Shown here one piece after another: positions 20,831 to 31,000 of a DNA stretch of 64,000 bases (position 1 is its first letter; each line of letters starts with the position of its first letter). This stretch comes from an uncultured Alphaproteobacteria bacterium (GTDB lineage Bacteria; Pseudomonadota; Alphaproteobacteria; Rhizobiales; Hyphomicrobiaceae): positions 391,319 through 455,318 of the forward strand of contig CAWFXM010000012.1 in the NCBI GenBank assembly GCA_963819775.1. Reading direction: 5' to 3'. The notes beneath the pieces are model-generated. The model was given only the letters and a program-made list of their open reading frames with translations, was not told the DNA's origin and ran no database searches. Made by a program: the position numbers and the translations under genes.

Positions 20831-22305
20831 ATGGCCCGTTCCCGCCCCATTCCGCGCCCCGCACCCATGTTCGGGCCCATTTTCAGGCGCGAGGTCAAGA
20901 CCGGCGCCGCACTCGCGCTCGCCATTTGTGCGGCGGTCGCTTCTGCGCCGCAACCCGCGCTGGCGCAACGCGCCACGCCGCCGGCGTTCGTCGACGAGCG
21001 TCGCTTGCCGCCGACCGATGCCGAGATCAAGTCGAAGGCCGAGGAGCAGAAGCGTCAGGCCGCCGAAGCCGAAGTCAAACAGAAGGCCGAGGAGCAGCGC
21101 CGTCAATCCGCCGAAACCGAAGCCAAACAGAAGGCCGAGGAGCAGCGCCGTCAAGCCGCCGAAGCCGAAGCCAAGCAGAAAGCCGAGGAACAGCGCCGTC
21201 AGGCCGCCGAGGCCGAAGCCAAGCAGAAGGCGGAGGAACAGCGCCGTCAGGCCGCCGAAGCCGAAGCCAAGCAGAAGGCCGAGGAACAGCGCCGTCAGGC
21301 CGCCGAGGCCGAAGCCAAGCAGAAGGCCGAGGATGACGCCGTCAGGCCGCCGAAGCCGAAGCCAAGCGAAGGCGGAGGCAACGCCGTCAGGCCGCCGAAG
21401 CCGAAGCCAAGCAGAAGGCCGAGGAACAACGCCGTCAGGCCGCCGAAGCCGAAGCCAAGCAGAAGGCCGAGGAACAACGCCGTCAGGCCGCCGAAGCCGA
21501 AGCCAAACAGAAGGCCGCGAAGCCGCCGGCACCAGCCGCCCCGACGCCGACCCCCGCCGTCCGCGCCGCCGCAGACTGCAGCGCCGATCGCATCTCCGCC
21601 CGCGCCATCAGCGGTGGCCGCGTCCAGATCGAAATCGAGACGCCGTGCCGGCCCGGCCAGAAGGTCGCCCTCCGCTATGGCGCGTTCGACCTCCAGCGGC
21701 AGCTCGACGGGGCCGGCCGCGGCACCATCATCCTCGATCTGTTCCAGGGCAAGTCGCCCGCCGTTAGCCTTCAGATCGGCTCCGGGCCGCCGCAGTCCGT
21801 CTCGCTGGAGGCGGTCGATATGGCCGGCCTCTCCAAGGTCGCCGTCATTTGGCAAGCGCCGGTCAATCTCGATCTCCACGTCTACGAGTACGCCGCGCGT
21901 CACGGCGAGAGTGGACACGTCTGGCCCGGCGCGCCCTCGTCAGCCGATGCCGCCGAGGCGGAAACCCGCGCGTCAAAACGCGGGCGCGGTTTCCTCAGCA
22001 CCAGCGACGACGGCCGTGGTGACGGCGACAAGGTCGAGGTCTATACGTTCTGGCATCATGCCGAGCAGCGCTCGGGGCTGGTCGCCACTGCGCTCGACTA
22101 CGAAACGCGCGGCGCGTCGCCCAATGCCGACACCTGCGGGTCGGGCGTGCACGCCTCCGTGGTCTACGAGACGTTCATTCTCGATCCGCGCGGTCAGCTG
22201 AGCCGCGAGCGCGGCGCGATTGCACCGGCGACGTGCGGCTCGCAATTGACCGGCGCCGGCCGATACATGGAAGACGCAGTGCCTGACCTGAGCGCGATGC
22301 CTTGA
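20831..22305 (+). CDS. Secreted protein with a 16-aa KQKAEEQRRQAAEAEA tandem repeat coiled coil and a globular C-terminal domain; a 1-nt deletion lies near 21336
   Basis: Signal peptide AALALAICAAVASAPQPALA. ORF 20831-22201 leaves the repeat frame at 21336. The frame of ORF 21820-22305 is open back to there and continues the repeat (RRQAAEAEAKQKAEEQ), then runs into ..ADCSADRISARAISGGRVQIEIETPC... Confidence 0.6.
21040..21510. repeat. 48-bp tandem coding repeat, about 10 copies
   Basis: Repeated unit gccgaagccaagcagaaggccgaggaacagcgccgtcaggccgccgaa with minor variants. Confidence 0.85.
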
Positions 22306-22369
22306 GCCTGCCTGTCAAGAAATCATCGCGCCAATAAACAACACGACCTGAAACGGGGAGAGACGCGAC

Positions 22370-23992
22370 ATGACGGGCTGGACGTGGAGAAGGCCGGCAC
22401 GATGGACGGCTGCACGCGCGATCGGTTCCGCGGCAGCATTCGCCGTCGTGGCGGCTGGTGCGGGTGCGGTTCGGGCGGCGGAAATCACGCTGCAGATGAA
22501 AGGCGGCGGTTTCACCGTCCAGGGTGAGCTCAAATCCTACGACGGCGCGCGCTACGTCATCGAAAGCAAGGCGCTCGGCACCATGACGCTCGACGGCGGG
22601 CGTTTCGAATGCTCAGGCCCCGGCTGTCCGACCGCGCCCGTGACGGCGGCTCCGCCGAAGGGCGCCAATCTCGGCACCGCCACGTTCATGGGCGGCAGCG
22701 CGCAAGGCACCGCCGTGATGCCGAAGCTGGTCCAGGCCTACGCCAAGACCATCGGCGCCACCGTGATCCGCTCGGTCGGCAGTGATCCGAAAAACCTCGA
22801 GTTCAAGCTCACCGATGCGGCGGGCAAGGAGATCGGCAACTTCATCGTCGCCCGCCAGGGTGTGCCCGCCGGCCTCGCCGGGTTGCTCGCCCGCACCGTC
22901 GACGTGTTCTGGTCGGCGCGCCCGATCACCGCCGAGGAGCAGGCCCGCGCGCAGGCCCTGGGCTTCGGCAATCTGCGCGCGCCCGGCAACGAGAACGTCT
23001 ACGCCCTGAACGCCATCGCCATGGTGGTCGCGGCCGAAAACCCCGTCGTCTCGATCTCGATCGAAAATATCGCGAAGATCTACGCTGGCCAGATCAACGA
23101 CTGGTCCGAACTCGGCCTGCCGCCGGGCAAGATCAACGTCTACGCCATGGTCGAAAGCTCCGGCGTGTGGGGCTCCTTCGAGGATCTGGTGATGAAGCCG
23201 CGCAATCTCAAGGCGCGCCCCGACATCATCCGTATCGACGCGGCGACCGACTGGTCCGACAAGGTCGCGCAGGACAAGAGCGGCATCGGCATCACCAACA
23301 TCGGCATCGTCCGCAATTCCAAGGCGCTCAATGTCGAAGCGTCGTGCGGATTGATCGTGCGGCCCTCGAACTTCGCAGCCAAGACCGAGGAATATCCGCT
23401 GATGCACCGCCTGCATCTCTACACCTCCGGCGTGCCGAAGGTGCCGTTGGCGCGCGAGCTGCTCGCCTTCGCCATGTCGCCCGCCATGCAGCCTGTGCTG
23501 AAGGAGGCGAACTTCGTCGACCAGTCGCTCGAGGCCCTGGACTTCCAGGCCCAGACCGCGCGCATCGCCTACGCGCTCAATGCGCAGACCGAGGACTTCG
23601 ACATCAACATGATGCGCACCATGATCGGTGAGCTGAAAGGCTCGAGCCGGTTGTCGACCACGTTCCGCTTCGGCACCGCCGACGCCACGCTCGACAGCCG
23701 CGCCAACGCCGACATCCAGCGTCTCGCCGATCTGCTGAAGTCGGCCGACTACCGCAACAAGCAGGTCACGATCATCGGCTTCGCCGACGCCATCGGCAGC
23801 TTCGCGTCGAACCTCAAGCTGTCCGAGCGCCGCGCCGCCGCCGTGCTGCGCGCACTGACAGTGTCCGCCGGCATCGGCGTGCGCTCGCAAGTCACCAGTC
23901 GCGCCTATGGCGAGCTTGCGCCTGTCGCCTGCAACGACACGCCCGAGGCGCGCAACTACAACCGCCGCGTCGAAGTGTGGGTCAAGAACTGA
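22370..23992 (+). CDS. Periplasmic PstS-like (phosphate-binding-protein fold) domain fused to a C-terminal OmpA-like peptidoglycan-binding domain
   Basis: 540-aa ORF with an RBS ggggagag upstream. The OmpA_C signature is TFRFGTADATLDSRANADIQRLADLL..VTIIGFADAIGSFASNLKLSERRAAAV..RRVEVWV. Confidence 0.8.
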   Translation: MTGWTWRRPARWTAARAIGSAAAFAVVAAGAGAVRAAEITLQMKGGGFTVQGELKSYDGARYVIESKALGTMTLDGGRFECSGPGCPTAPVTAAPPKGANLGTATFMGGSAQGTAVMPKLVQAYAKTIGATVIRSVGSDPKNLEFKLTDAAGKEIGNFIVARQGVPAGLAGLLARTVDVFWSARPITAEEQARAQALGFGNLRAPGNENVYALNAIAMVVAAENPVVSISIENIAKIYAGQINDWSELGLPPGKINVYAMVESSGVWGSFEDLVMKPRNLKARPDIIRIDAATDWSDKVAQDKSGIGITNIGIVRNSKALNVEASCGLIVRPSNFAAKTEEYPLMHRLHLYTSGVPKVPLARELLAFAMSPAMQPVLKEANFVDQSLEALDFQAQTARIAYALNAQTEDFDINMMRTMIGELKGSSRLSTTFRFGTADATLDSRANADIQRLADLLKSADYRNKQVTIIGFADAIGSFASNLKLSERRAAAVLRALTVSAGIGVRSQVTSRAYGELAPVACNDTPEARNYNRRVEVWVKN

Positions 23993-24038
23993 CGCGGTCC
24001 AGCGAACAGCAAGGCGATCGCGTTTGGCGCGTTTCCCA

Positions 24039-24071
24039 CTCTCCCCGTTCGTCCTTTACGAATGGGGAGAG
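24039..24071 (+). terminator. Stem-loop (REP-like hairpin) closing the srfB operon
   Basis: ctctcccc at 24039-24046 pairs with ggggagag at 24064-24071, with further pairing inside (ccgttcgt / acgaatgg). It lies 47 nt after the stop at 23992. Confidence 0.5.
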
Positions 24072-24174
24072 GGTCGGTGTGAGGGGATCAGGGCCAAACG
24101 CAACTGCCCTGCAGCCGACCGTGACTGCCGCGCGCCGCATTCCGGCTTCTGCCGCTTTCGAGAAAGGTACGCCC

Positions 24175-25344
24175 ATGACACGAGCCGCATCTGGCCGAGC
24201 GTCGGGCCTCACCATTGGGCGAGGGTTCGCCTCCGCCGTGCTGATGGCGCTGATGACGGCGAGCATCGCGGCCGCTTGGCCCGTCGCCGCCCAGACCCGG
24301 CTCGCACAGGTCGCGCCCGCGCCGCCGCCAGCCGCGCCAGCTGCAAAATCGGCAGCCCCTAAGCCCGCCGCGGCGCCCGGGGCGCCCAAGGCAGTCGCGC
24401 CGGCAGCTCCCAAGGCAGCGGCCCCCGCGCCGGCCGCCGCCTGGCAACCCTCCAAGCCGATCGAGTTCGTGGTCATGGCCGGCCCCGGCGGCGGCGCCGA
24501 TCAGGCCGTCCGCTTCCTCGTCGACGTCATCGCCAAGCAGGGCCTCGCCAAGGTGCCGTTCACCGTCGTCAATGAGCCGGGCCGCTCGGGCGGCGACGCG
24601 CTGACCAAGCTGCAGGCCCGCGCCGGCGACGATCACGTCATTCTGTTCACGTTGAACAGCTTCTACACGACGCCGCTCGACATGCCCGACCTCAAGATCG
24701 ACGTCGCGCGCTTCACGCCTATTGCTCGGTTGGCGGAAGATGTGTTCCTGCTGTGGGTCAACAGCGAGCGCGCCGACATCAAGACCATCGACGACTTCGT
24801 CAAGGCCGCCAAGGCCAAGGGCAAGGGCTGGGTGATGGCCGGCACCGGCAAGGGCGCCGAAGATCAATTGCTGACCGAGTTCCTCAACGCCACCTATGGC
24901 CTCGACATGACCTACAAGTCGTTCGGCGGCGGTGGCGAGGTGGCCAAGGAGCTGGCCGAAAAGCGCGCCAATTCGACCGTCAACAATCCCTCCGAGCAGA
25001 ACAATTTTTATCCCAAGGGCATGACCAAGCCGATCGTCGCCTTCACGCCCGCCCGGCTGCCGGCCTACATCACCACGCCGACGCTGCGCGAGACCGGCAT
25101 GGACTTCACCTATTTCATGCAGCGCTCGGTGGTCGGCGCGCCGCGCATGAGCCCCGGCGCCGCGGCGTGGTACGACAAGCTGTTCCGGTCCCTGTTCGAC
25201 AGTCCGCAGTGGAAAGACTACGCCACCAAGAACAGCCTCGGCGGCGCACTTCTCACCGGCCAAAGCCTCATGGGCTATTGGGTTCAAGAGCGGGAAAAGC
25301 ACGCCCGCTGGAAAATGGCCATCGAGCTGATGAAGCCGCAATAA
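24175..25344 (+). CDS. Tripartite tricarboxylate transporter substrate-binding protein (TctC/Bug family) with an Ala/Pro-rich linker
   Basis: In-frame ATG at 24175 within ORF 23977-25344, with RBS gaaagg. It has a signal peptide, then APAPPPAAPAAKSAAPKPAAAP..., then Bug-like core motifs (PIEFVVMAGPGGGADQ, SFGGGGEV). Confidence 0.8.
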   Translation: MTRAASGRASGLTIGRGFASAVLMALMTASIAAAWPVAAQTRLAQVAPAPPPAAPAAKSAAPKPAAAPGAPKAVAPAAPKAAAPAPAAAWQPSKPIEFVVMAGPGGGADQAVRFLVDVIAKQGLAKVPFTVVNEPGRSGGDALTKLQARAGDDHVILFTLNSFYTTPLDMPDLKIDVARFTPIARLAEDVFLLWVNSERADIKTIDDFVKAAKAKGKGWVMAGTGKGAEDQLLTEFLNATYGLDMTYKSFGGGGEVAKELAEKRANSTVNNPSEQNNFYPKGMTKPIVAFTPARLPAYITTPTLRETGMDFTYFMQRSVVGAPRMSPGAAAWYDKLFRSLFDSPQWKDYATKNSLGGALLTGQSLMGYWVQEREKHARWKMAIELMKPQ

Positions 25345-25404
25345 GCGCGGATGCGTGTCGGCATCCGAAGCGCCAGGAGAACTCTTCGCGGGTGCGAGCC
25401 CGGT

Positions 25405-25575
25405 TGCTTGTTTTCTGCCGCTCCGGCGCAAGCGCCGACGCGGTATGGGCAACCGAAGCGCCCACAACTTCACCAACCTCGGCGGGTCTCGTGATGTCTC
25501 CGCTGGCCGGCGCGGTTGCTGGTGGCCAACCGAAGCGCCCGGCGCGGATGCCGTGTGGGCAACCGAAGCGCCCAC
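25405..25575. repeat. REP-like intergenic repeat cluster (locus A)
   Basis: gccgctccggcgcaagcgccgacgcgg plus three copies of (g)gcaaccgaagcgccc. It is the reverse complement of the cluster at 31634-31756. Confidence 0.6.
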
Positions 25576-26270
25576 TAAGAGAGCCTTCCGCCGAGCGCCG
25601 TAATGCCGCCGAGCACGATCGCCGCCGCCGCGACGAGGCACACGAGCGCGCGCAATACCGGACGGCCGACGATCTCGGCCTCCGCTTCGTCCTCGTAGCG
25701 CGCCGCGGGTTTCCGCCCCGTCACCATCGCCGCGATCAGCGGGTCCTTCTTCAGCAGCGCGTACAGCACATTCGCCGTGATGTGGAGCCCGATCGCCGGC
25801 AGAAGGAACCAATAGATCGACCGCCGGTGCCAGCGCGACGCCAGCTTCTGCGTCTCCTCGTCGACGAGCCGGTACAGCGGCCCCGCCGCCAGATCGTTGT
25901 GCTCGACGGTGAACAGCCCGAGCAGCGCCTGCCCGCCGACCAGCACCAGCAGCGCCAGCACCATCAGCGCACCGAGCGGGTTGTGGCCGAGGTAGTGCCG
26001 CGACTGGCCGCGCGCCAGCGCCGACGCATAGCCGATAGCCGCGCCGGGACCGCGCACGAAGCTCGTGAACCGCGATGTCGACGATCCGAAAAACCCCCAC
26101 AGCAATCGCCACACGATGAGGATCAGCACCGCGTATCCCGTGCGGCGGTGGATGACCAGCCGCGGGTCGCCGATCAGCGACGAGAACTGGAACGACGCCC
26201 ACGACACCGCGATGAGCGTCACCAGCACCCAATGGAATACGCGCGTAGGCAGGTCCCACGCGCGCACCAT
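25575..26270 (-). CDS. Cytochrome b561 family membrane protein (Ni/Fe-hydrogenase b-type cytochrome-like)
   Basis: C-terminal 231 aa of ORF 25575-26846 starting MVRAWDLPTRVFHWVLV. It has four TM helices with conserved His (FHW, HRRTGY, LGHNPLG). Confidence 0.75.
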   Translation of the reverse strand: MVRAWDLPTRVFHWVLVTLIAVSWASFQFSSLIGDPRLVIHRRTGYAVLILIVWRLLWGFFGSSTSRFTSFVRGPGAAIGYASALARGQSRHYLGHNPLGALMVLALLVLVGGQALLGLFTVEHNDLAAGPLYRLVDEETQKLASRWHRRSIYWFLLPAIGLHITANVLYALLKKDPLIAAMVTGRKPAARYEDEAEAEIVGRPVLRALVCLVAAAAIVLGGITALGGRLS

Positions 26271-26317
26271 GGCCTTCGTCGGGGCCTTCGTCGAAACCGC
26301 GTCCACGGACACCCCGT

Positions 26318-26758
26318 TTATTGCGGCTTGCGATATATCTTGTGGCAGGCGCCGCAGTTGTCGCCGAGCAGCTTCGGCCACGTCTCCTGGAACCCGATCT
26401 CGTCGCTGATCTTGGCCTCGGCCGCCTTGCTTTCGGCCGCGAGCTTCTTGTAGCGATCGACCAGATCGGCCTTCTTCTCCCAGATGATCGGCAGCGCCTC
26501 GGTTTCGCCGCCCGTCTTGCTGTCGTCTGGGAACAGGTCGGGCAGTTTTGCGGCGCCGGCCTGGAACGTCTTCAACGCGGCCTGCACCTTGGCCATGTCG
26601 AACTTCGCCTCGCCCTTGATCATCGCGCCGGGTTCCTTGGCAGCGGCGCCGAAGCCCTTGAGCGTTTCCTTGCGGGCCTTGATGACGTCGAGGTTCTGGG
26701 CGGCGACTGCGGTCGCGCCAACGGCGATCAATGCAGCGACAGAGAGAATGCGGAGCAT
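26318..26758 (-). CDS. Class II cytochrome c (cytochrome c' / c-556 family)
   Basis: The start MLRILSVAALIAVGATAVAA is a signal peptide. The haem site CGACHKIYR lies at the extreme C-terminus, which is typical of class II c-type cytochromes. Confidence 0.8.
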   Translation of the reverse strand: MLRILSVAALIAVGATAVAAQNLDVIKARKETLKGFGAAAKEPGAMIKGEAKFDMAKVQAALKTFQAGAAKLPDLFPDDSKTGGETEALPIIWEKKADLVDRYKKLAAESKAAEAKISDEIGFQETWPKLLGDNCGACHKIYRKPQ

Positions 26759-26819
26759 AGGGGACCTTCTCCGTGGTTGTTTCTGACCATTCAGTTTCGG
26801 CACGCCGTGCTGGCAGCGC

Positions 26820-26961
26820 ATCTCCGACACGTCCTGCCAGAAGCACGTCTTCGACACGCTGTTCCGGAAGCGTGTCTTCGACACACCGTTCTGTCGGCGC
26901 GTCGTCGACACGCCGCTAGTTGCGTGTCTTCGACACGACATGTTAGGCGCGTCTTCGACAC
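26820..26961. promoter_or_regulatory. Array of six gtcttcgacac-type dyad motifs at 25-27-bp spacing between the divergent cytochrome c and FAH genes
   Basis: Copies lie at 26820, 26847, 26874, 26901, 26926 and 26951. The best copies read cgtgtc-ttc-gacacg (inverted repeat). Confidence 0.5.
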
Positions 26962-27152
26962 GACCACAGCGGCCCGATGAAGACTATTGCCTCAATCCAG
27001 CAGGCGCGGCAATCCGCACGCGCCACAATCAAACGTGAAACGCTTGAGCCTTGCGCCATGCTGTGTGAGGTTCAACGTCCAATTCTACAGAACCTTCCAC
27101 ACCAACGTCTGACACCTTGGTCCGAAGGATCGCGATCAACAGGGAGTGATGC

Positions 27153-28002
27153 ATGAAGCTCGTGCGCTTTGGACCGATGGGAAGCGAAAAGCCCGGCCTC
27201 GTCGATGGCGGCGGCGTGGTGCGCGATCTCTCTGCGATCATTCCTGATGTGACCGGCGACACCCTCGGCCCCGATACGCTGGCCCGCCTCCGCGCCCTCG
27301 ATCCCGCGTCGCTGCCTGCGGCGCCCACGGGCGTGCGTCTCGGCGCGCCGGTCGGCCGGGTGTGGAACTTCATCGCCGTCGGGCTCAACTTCTCCGACCA
27401 CGCCGCCGAGACCGGCTCGCCGATTCCCTCCGAGCCCATTCTGTTCAACAAGCTCGGCAACTCCATCGTCGGCCCCAACGACGACATCATGGTGCCGCGC
27501 GGCTCCTTGAAGCTCGACTACGAGGTCGAGATCGCCTTCGTCATCGGCACCCGCGCCCGCTACGTCGACGAGGCCGACGCACTCCGCCACATCGCCGGCT
27601 ACACCATCTGCAACGACGTGTCCGAGCGCCACTTCCAGGTCGAGCGCAAGGGCCAGTGGATGAAAGGCAAGTGCTTCGAGACGCGCGGGTCCGCTCGGGC
27701 CGTGGCTGGTCACGCCCGACGAGATCGCCGATCCCGGCAAGCTCGCCATGTGGCTCGACGTCAACGGCGCGCGGCGGCAGTCGGGCACCACCGCCAACAT
27801 GATCTTCCAGATCCCCTACCTGCTCTCCTACATCAGCCAGTTCATGGTGCTCGAGCCGGGCGACGTGGTGACCACGGGCACGCCCGCCGGTGTCGCACTC
27901 GGGATGAAGCCGCCGGTGTGGCTCGTGCCCGGCGATGTCGTCAGCCTCGGCATCGATGGCCTCGGTGCGCAACGCCAGACCATCGTGCCGTTCAAGATGT
28001 GA
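27153..28002 (+). CDS. Fumarylacetoacetate hydrolase (FAH) family protein; 1-nt frame break near 27686
   Basis: ORF 27153-28286 (MKLVRFGPMGSEKPGLVDGGG...KLDYEVEIAFVIG) continues in ORF 27748-28002 via GPLGPWLVTPDEIADPGKLAMWLDVNG. The span is 3n+1. Confidence 0.8.
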
Positions 28003-28031
28003 TGCGATCCACTCACGCACGCCACAACGAC

Positions 28032-28065
28032 AAAGCCCGGAGCGAGTGCTCCGGGCTTTGTTCGT
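28032..28065. terminator. Bidirectional stem-loop between convergent genes
   Basis: aaagcccggag (28032-28042), loop cgagtg, ctccgggcttt (28049-28059), followed by gttcgtt. Confidence 0.6.
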
Positions 28066-28087
28066 TGCAGAACGTGTGTGCAAGCTC

Positions 28088-31000
28088 TCAGGCGCGCCGC
28101 TCGTTCGGCGCCGGCGACAGCCGCGCCTCCCGCAGCGTGTCCTCGAGTTGCTGCTCGACGCGGGCCCAATCGCTCTCCGACGATCGCGCGCCCGAGCGCA
28201 GGCTCGCCCGCACCGCCTTGGTCGCGATCAGCAGCATGCGCTCGTGCGGCTGCAATTCGCCTTCCGCCGCGCGCGGCTCGAGCTGATGGATGAGGTTGTC
28301 GATGACCTGATCGTACGGGCCATCCGGCAGCAGCATCAGCACATCCCAATTGTCTTCGACTTCCTTTTGCGCGTGCTGCAGGGCCCAGTGGCTCTCCGAC
28401 GGCAGCTTCTTCAGCAGGTTCTCGGACTGCCGCTGCAGCGAGCCGCGCACCTCGTCCTCGCGCATCGCCAGCGCGTCGTCGAACATCGCGTTCATCATCC
28501 GCGCGCGATTGAACAAATCGGCAGCCGGCAGCGCCGCCGAAAACGCCTCGGACGACATCGAAGCATAGGCCACCGCATCGACGCCGATGGCATTGATCAG
28601 CGACTCGAGGATCAGCCGCAGCACCTCGGCGTTCGACGATTGCGGCGTCGCTCCGGGTTCGCCAGCCGATGCCGGTGCCGCTGCTGGTGGCGCAACCGGC
28701 GACGCGATGGCCTTCTGCGGCTTGGCCGCTGCAAGTCGCGGATCGGCGCCCGACAATGCGCCGCCGTCGCGAATGGCTCCCGCCTGCGGTCCGGCAATCT
28801 GCGGCCGGCCATAACCTCCGCCAGCCATGCTGCGGGCGCGGATGCGCGCCAGCGTCTTGTACAGATCGGCGTGCACGATGTAGCGCGGCGGCGGGCTGTC
28901 CTTGCGGTCGAAGCGATGCACCAGCTGATACGTCGAGCCGGCGTTCAGCACGTTGCGCACGATGCGCTTGTGATCCTCGTCGACCTCGCTCAGCAGCACC
29001 TCGGACGCAAATCCGGGGAAGCCCTTCTCCTCCGAGATCGGATGGAAGTGGCCGAGCACCACGTCCGCGCTCGCGCCCACATCCGGCAGCAGCGCCACCG
29101 CGATCATCTTTTCCAGCTCGATGGCCTTCACCGACTGCTCGACATTCTCGGTGAACTTGCCGCGGTTCTTGTCGTAGGCGCGCTTGGCGACGATGGCTAG
29201 GAACTGCATCAGCTCCTCGCGCACCATGTACCGCCCGTCCTCGCGCTTCACCGCGCCGATGGTGGCGCCCGCCGACAACACCTCGCGCAACCGGCCCGCG
29301 GTCTCGGGGTCGAGATCGCGCGTATCGACCTCGGCCACGTAGCCCTCGGTATTGGTGATCGGATGCAGCGCGCCGAGCACCATCTTGGCGTTGGCGAAGG
29401 TGTCGGGCAGCAGCGCGTTCTCGATGATCGCCTCCAGCTGCTGCGCCGAGCGGGCCTTCGAGGTCGGCACGTCCGACAGCGGCGAGCGGGTGGCGTTGGC
29501 AGCGAAAAGTCCCGACATGAAGATGAGGCTGTCGATGGCGATGGCGATGGCGAGCGCGAGGTAGGCGAGGCGGTTGCCGTCGCCGAACGCATTCCACGTC
29601 ACCACGAAGCGATGCGCCTTGTCGTCGCGATTGAGCTCGATGAAGTTGATCTTGGTGCGAAGTTTCTCGGTCTCCTTCGACGGCAGTCCGCTGTCGGCGA
29701 GGCACTTCCTCGCAAAGCCGAACAGCCCGTCGGCGGTGGTGTGCTCGGCCAGCCGGTCGCCGCCCGCACAGGACTTGGCAAAGGTCTCGTTGCCGGCGTT
29801 GAGCGCGAACACCAGCGCCGCGGCCTCCGCCGCCTGCTTTGGGTCACAGTCGAGGCCGGCCACCTTCTTCTTGGTCTCCGGCGTCGCCGTCGCCATCGCG
29901 GTATAGATCTGCCCGCAGGTCTGCTGCAGCTTCGAAAGCCGCTCGGCGGTCGGGTCCTGGCGGAAGTCGGAGCGCGCGGTCTCGAACAGCGGCACCAGCC
30001 GCGACGGGTCGAGCTTGGTCTTGGGGTCGGTCAGCGCGGTCTCCTGCGCCAGCTTGATGCGGCTCTCCGCCGTCTCCGTCTCACCTTTATACTTCGCGAG
30101 GTCGCCATCCACCGCCGCCAGCTCGCGCTTCAGCTGGGCGATGCGCGTCTCCGTGGCGTCGAGGCGCTTCTTGGAATCCTTGACCCGCTCCTCGCCGACT
30201 TTGATGTAGTCCTGCAGTTTTCCAAGCTCGTCCATGCGCTGGCGGAAGAATTGCCCGCGGCCCACTTTGCCGGTGCCCTCGACGCCCTTCTCCTCGGCCA
30301 TCGCTTCCACGCGCTTGGCATCCACTTCCTTGGCGCGCGCGTCGAGCGCCGTCTTCTTCTCCGCATAGTCGGCCGACAGCGCCGGGCGATCCGCCTCCAG
30401 CCGCGACAGCTCGTCGGTCAGCGACAGCTTGCGGCTCTGCAGCCCGGCCTGGCTCGACACCGCCGTGGTGATGCGCTCCTGCTGCTGCTTGATCGCGCGG
30501 TTCTTGTCCTCGACCATGGCGTTGAAATAGGTCTCGATCTCCGCGCCCGATCCCTGCGCGGCCTTGGCCAGCGCCGACAATCCCTCGTCATAGGCGCGCC
30601 AGCCGTCGCTGGTGAACAGCGTCTCGGCCTCGCTGCAGCCGCTTCTCGGAAATGCTGTGGCCGATGTCGCCGACGATGCCCGCGACCTGGTTCTGCGCGC
30701 GGATCTCGGCGGCGCGCACGCGCTCCGACTGCGGGAAGATCGCCGTGAACAAGCTGTCGAAGGAGAAGAACACGCTGGTCGCCATGCAGGCGAGGAACAT
30801 CACCCACAGCACCGCATTCTTGACGATCACCCGCGCGCTCTGCACATACGAGCCGCCGATGTCGCTCTTGGTCATGGCGATGATCAACGCGAAGATCATC
30901 GCCGTCACCGCGCCGTAAAGCGCGAAGCTCTGGATGGTGCGCGCGGCTGAGCTATCGAACCAGTTGCTGCTGGCGACCGCCGCGGCCGTGCCGCCCTGGC

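Noticed and set aside
20348-21532. A 394-aa minus-strand ORF with striking LGFGFGGLTALFL repeats.
   Set aside because: It is simply the antisense reading of the 48-bp KQKAEEQRRQAAEAEA repeat. The plus strand has the signal peptide, operon context and C-terminal domain.
26820-26961. Possible CRISPR array. The same question arose for the 48-bp repeats at 21040-21510 and the 330-bp repeats at 1-2740.
   Set aside because: The repeat cores are only ~11-15 bp with ~12-15 bp between them, and there are no cas genes. The other two arrays are in-frame protein-coding repeats.
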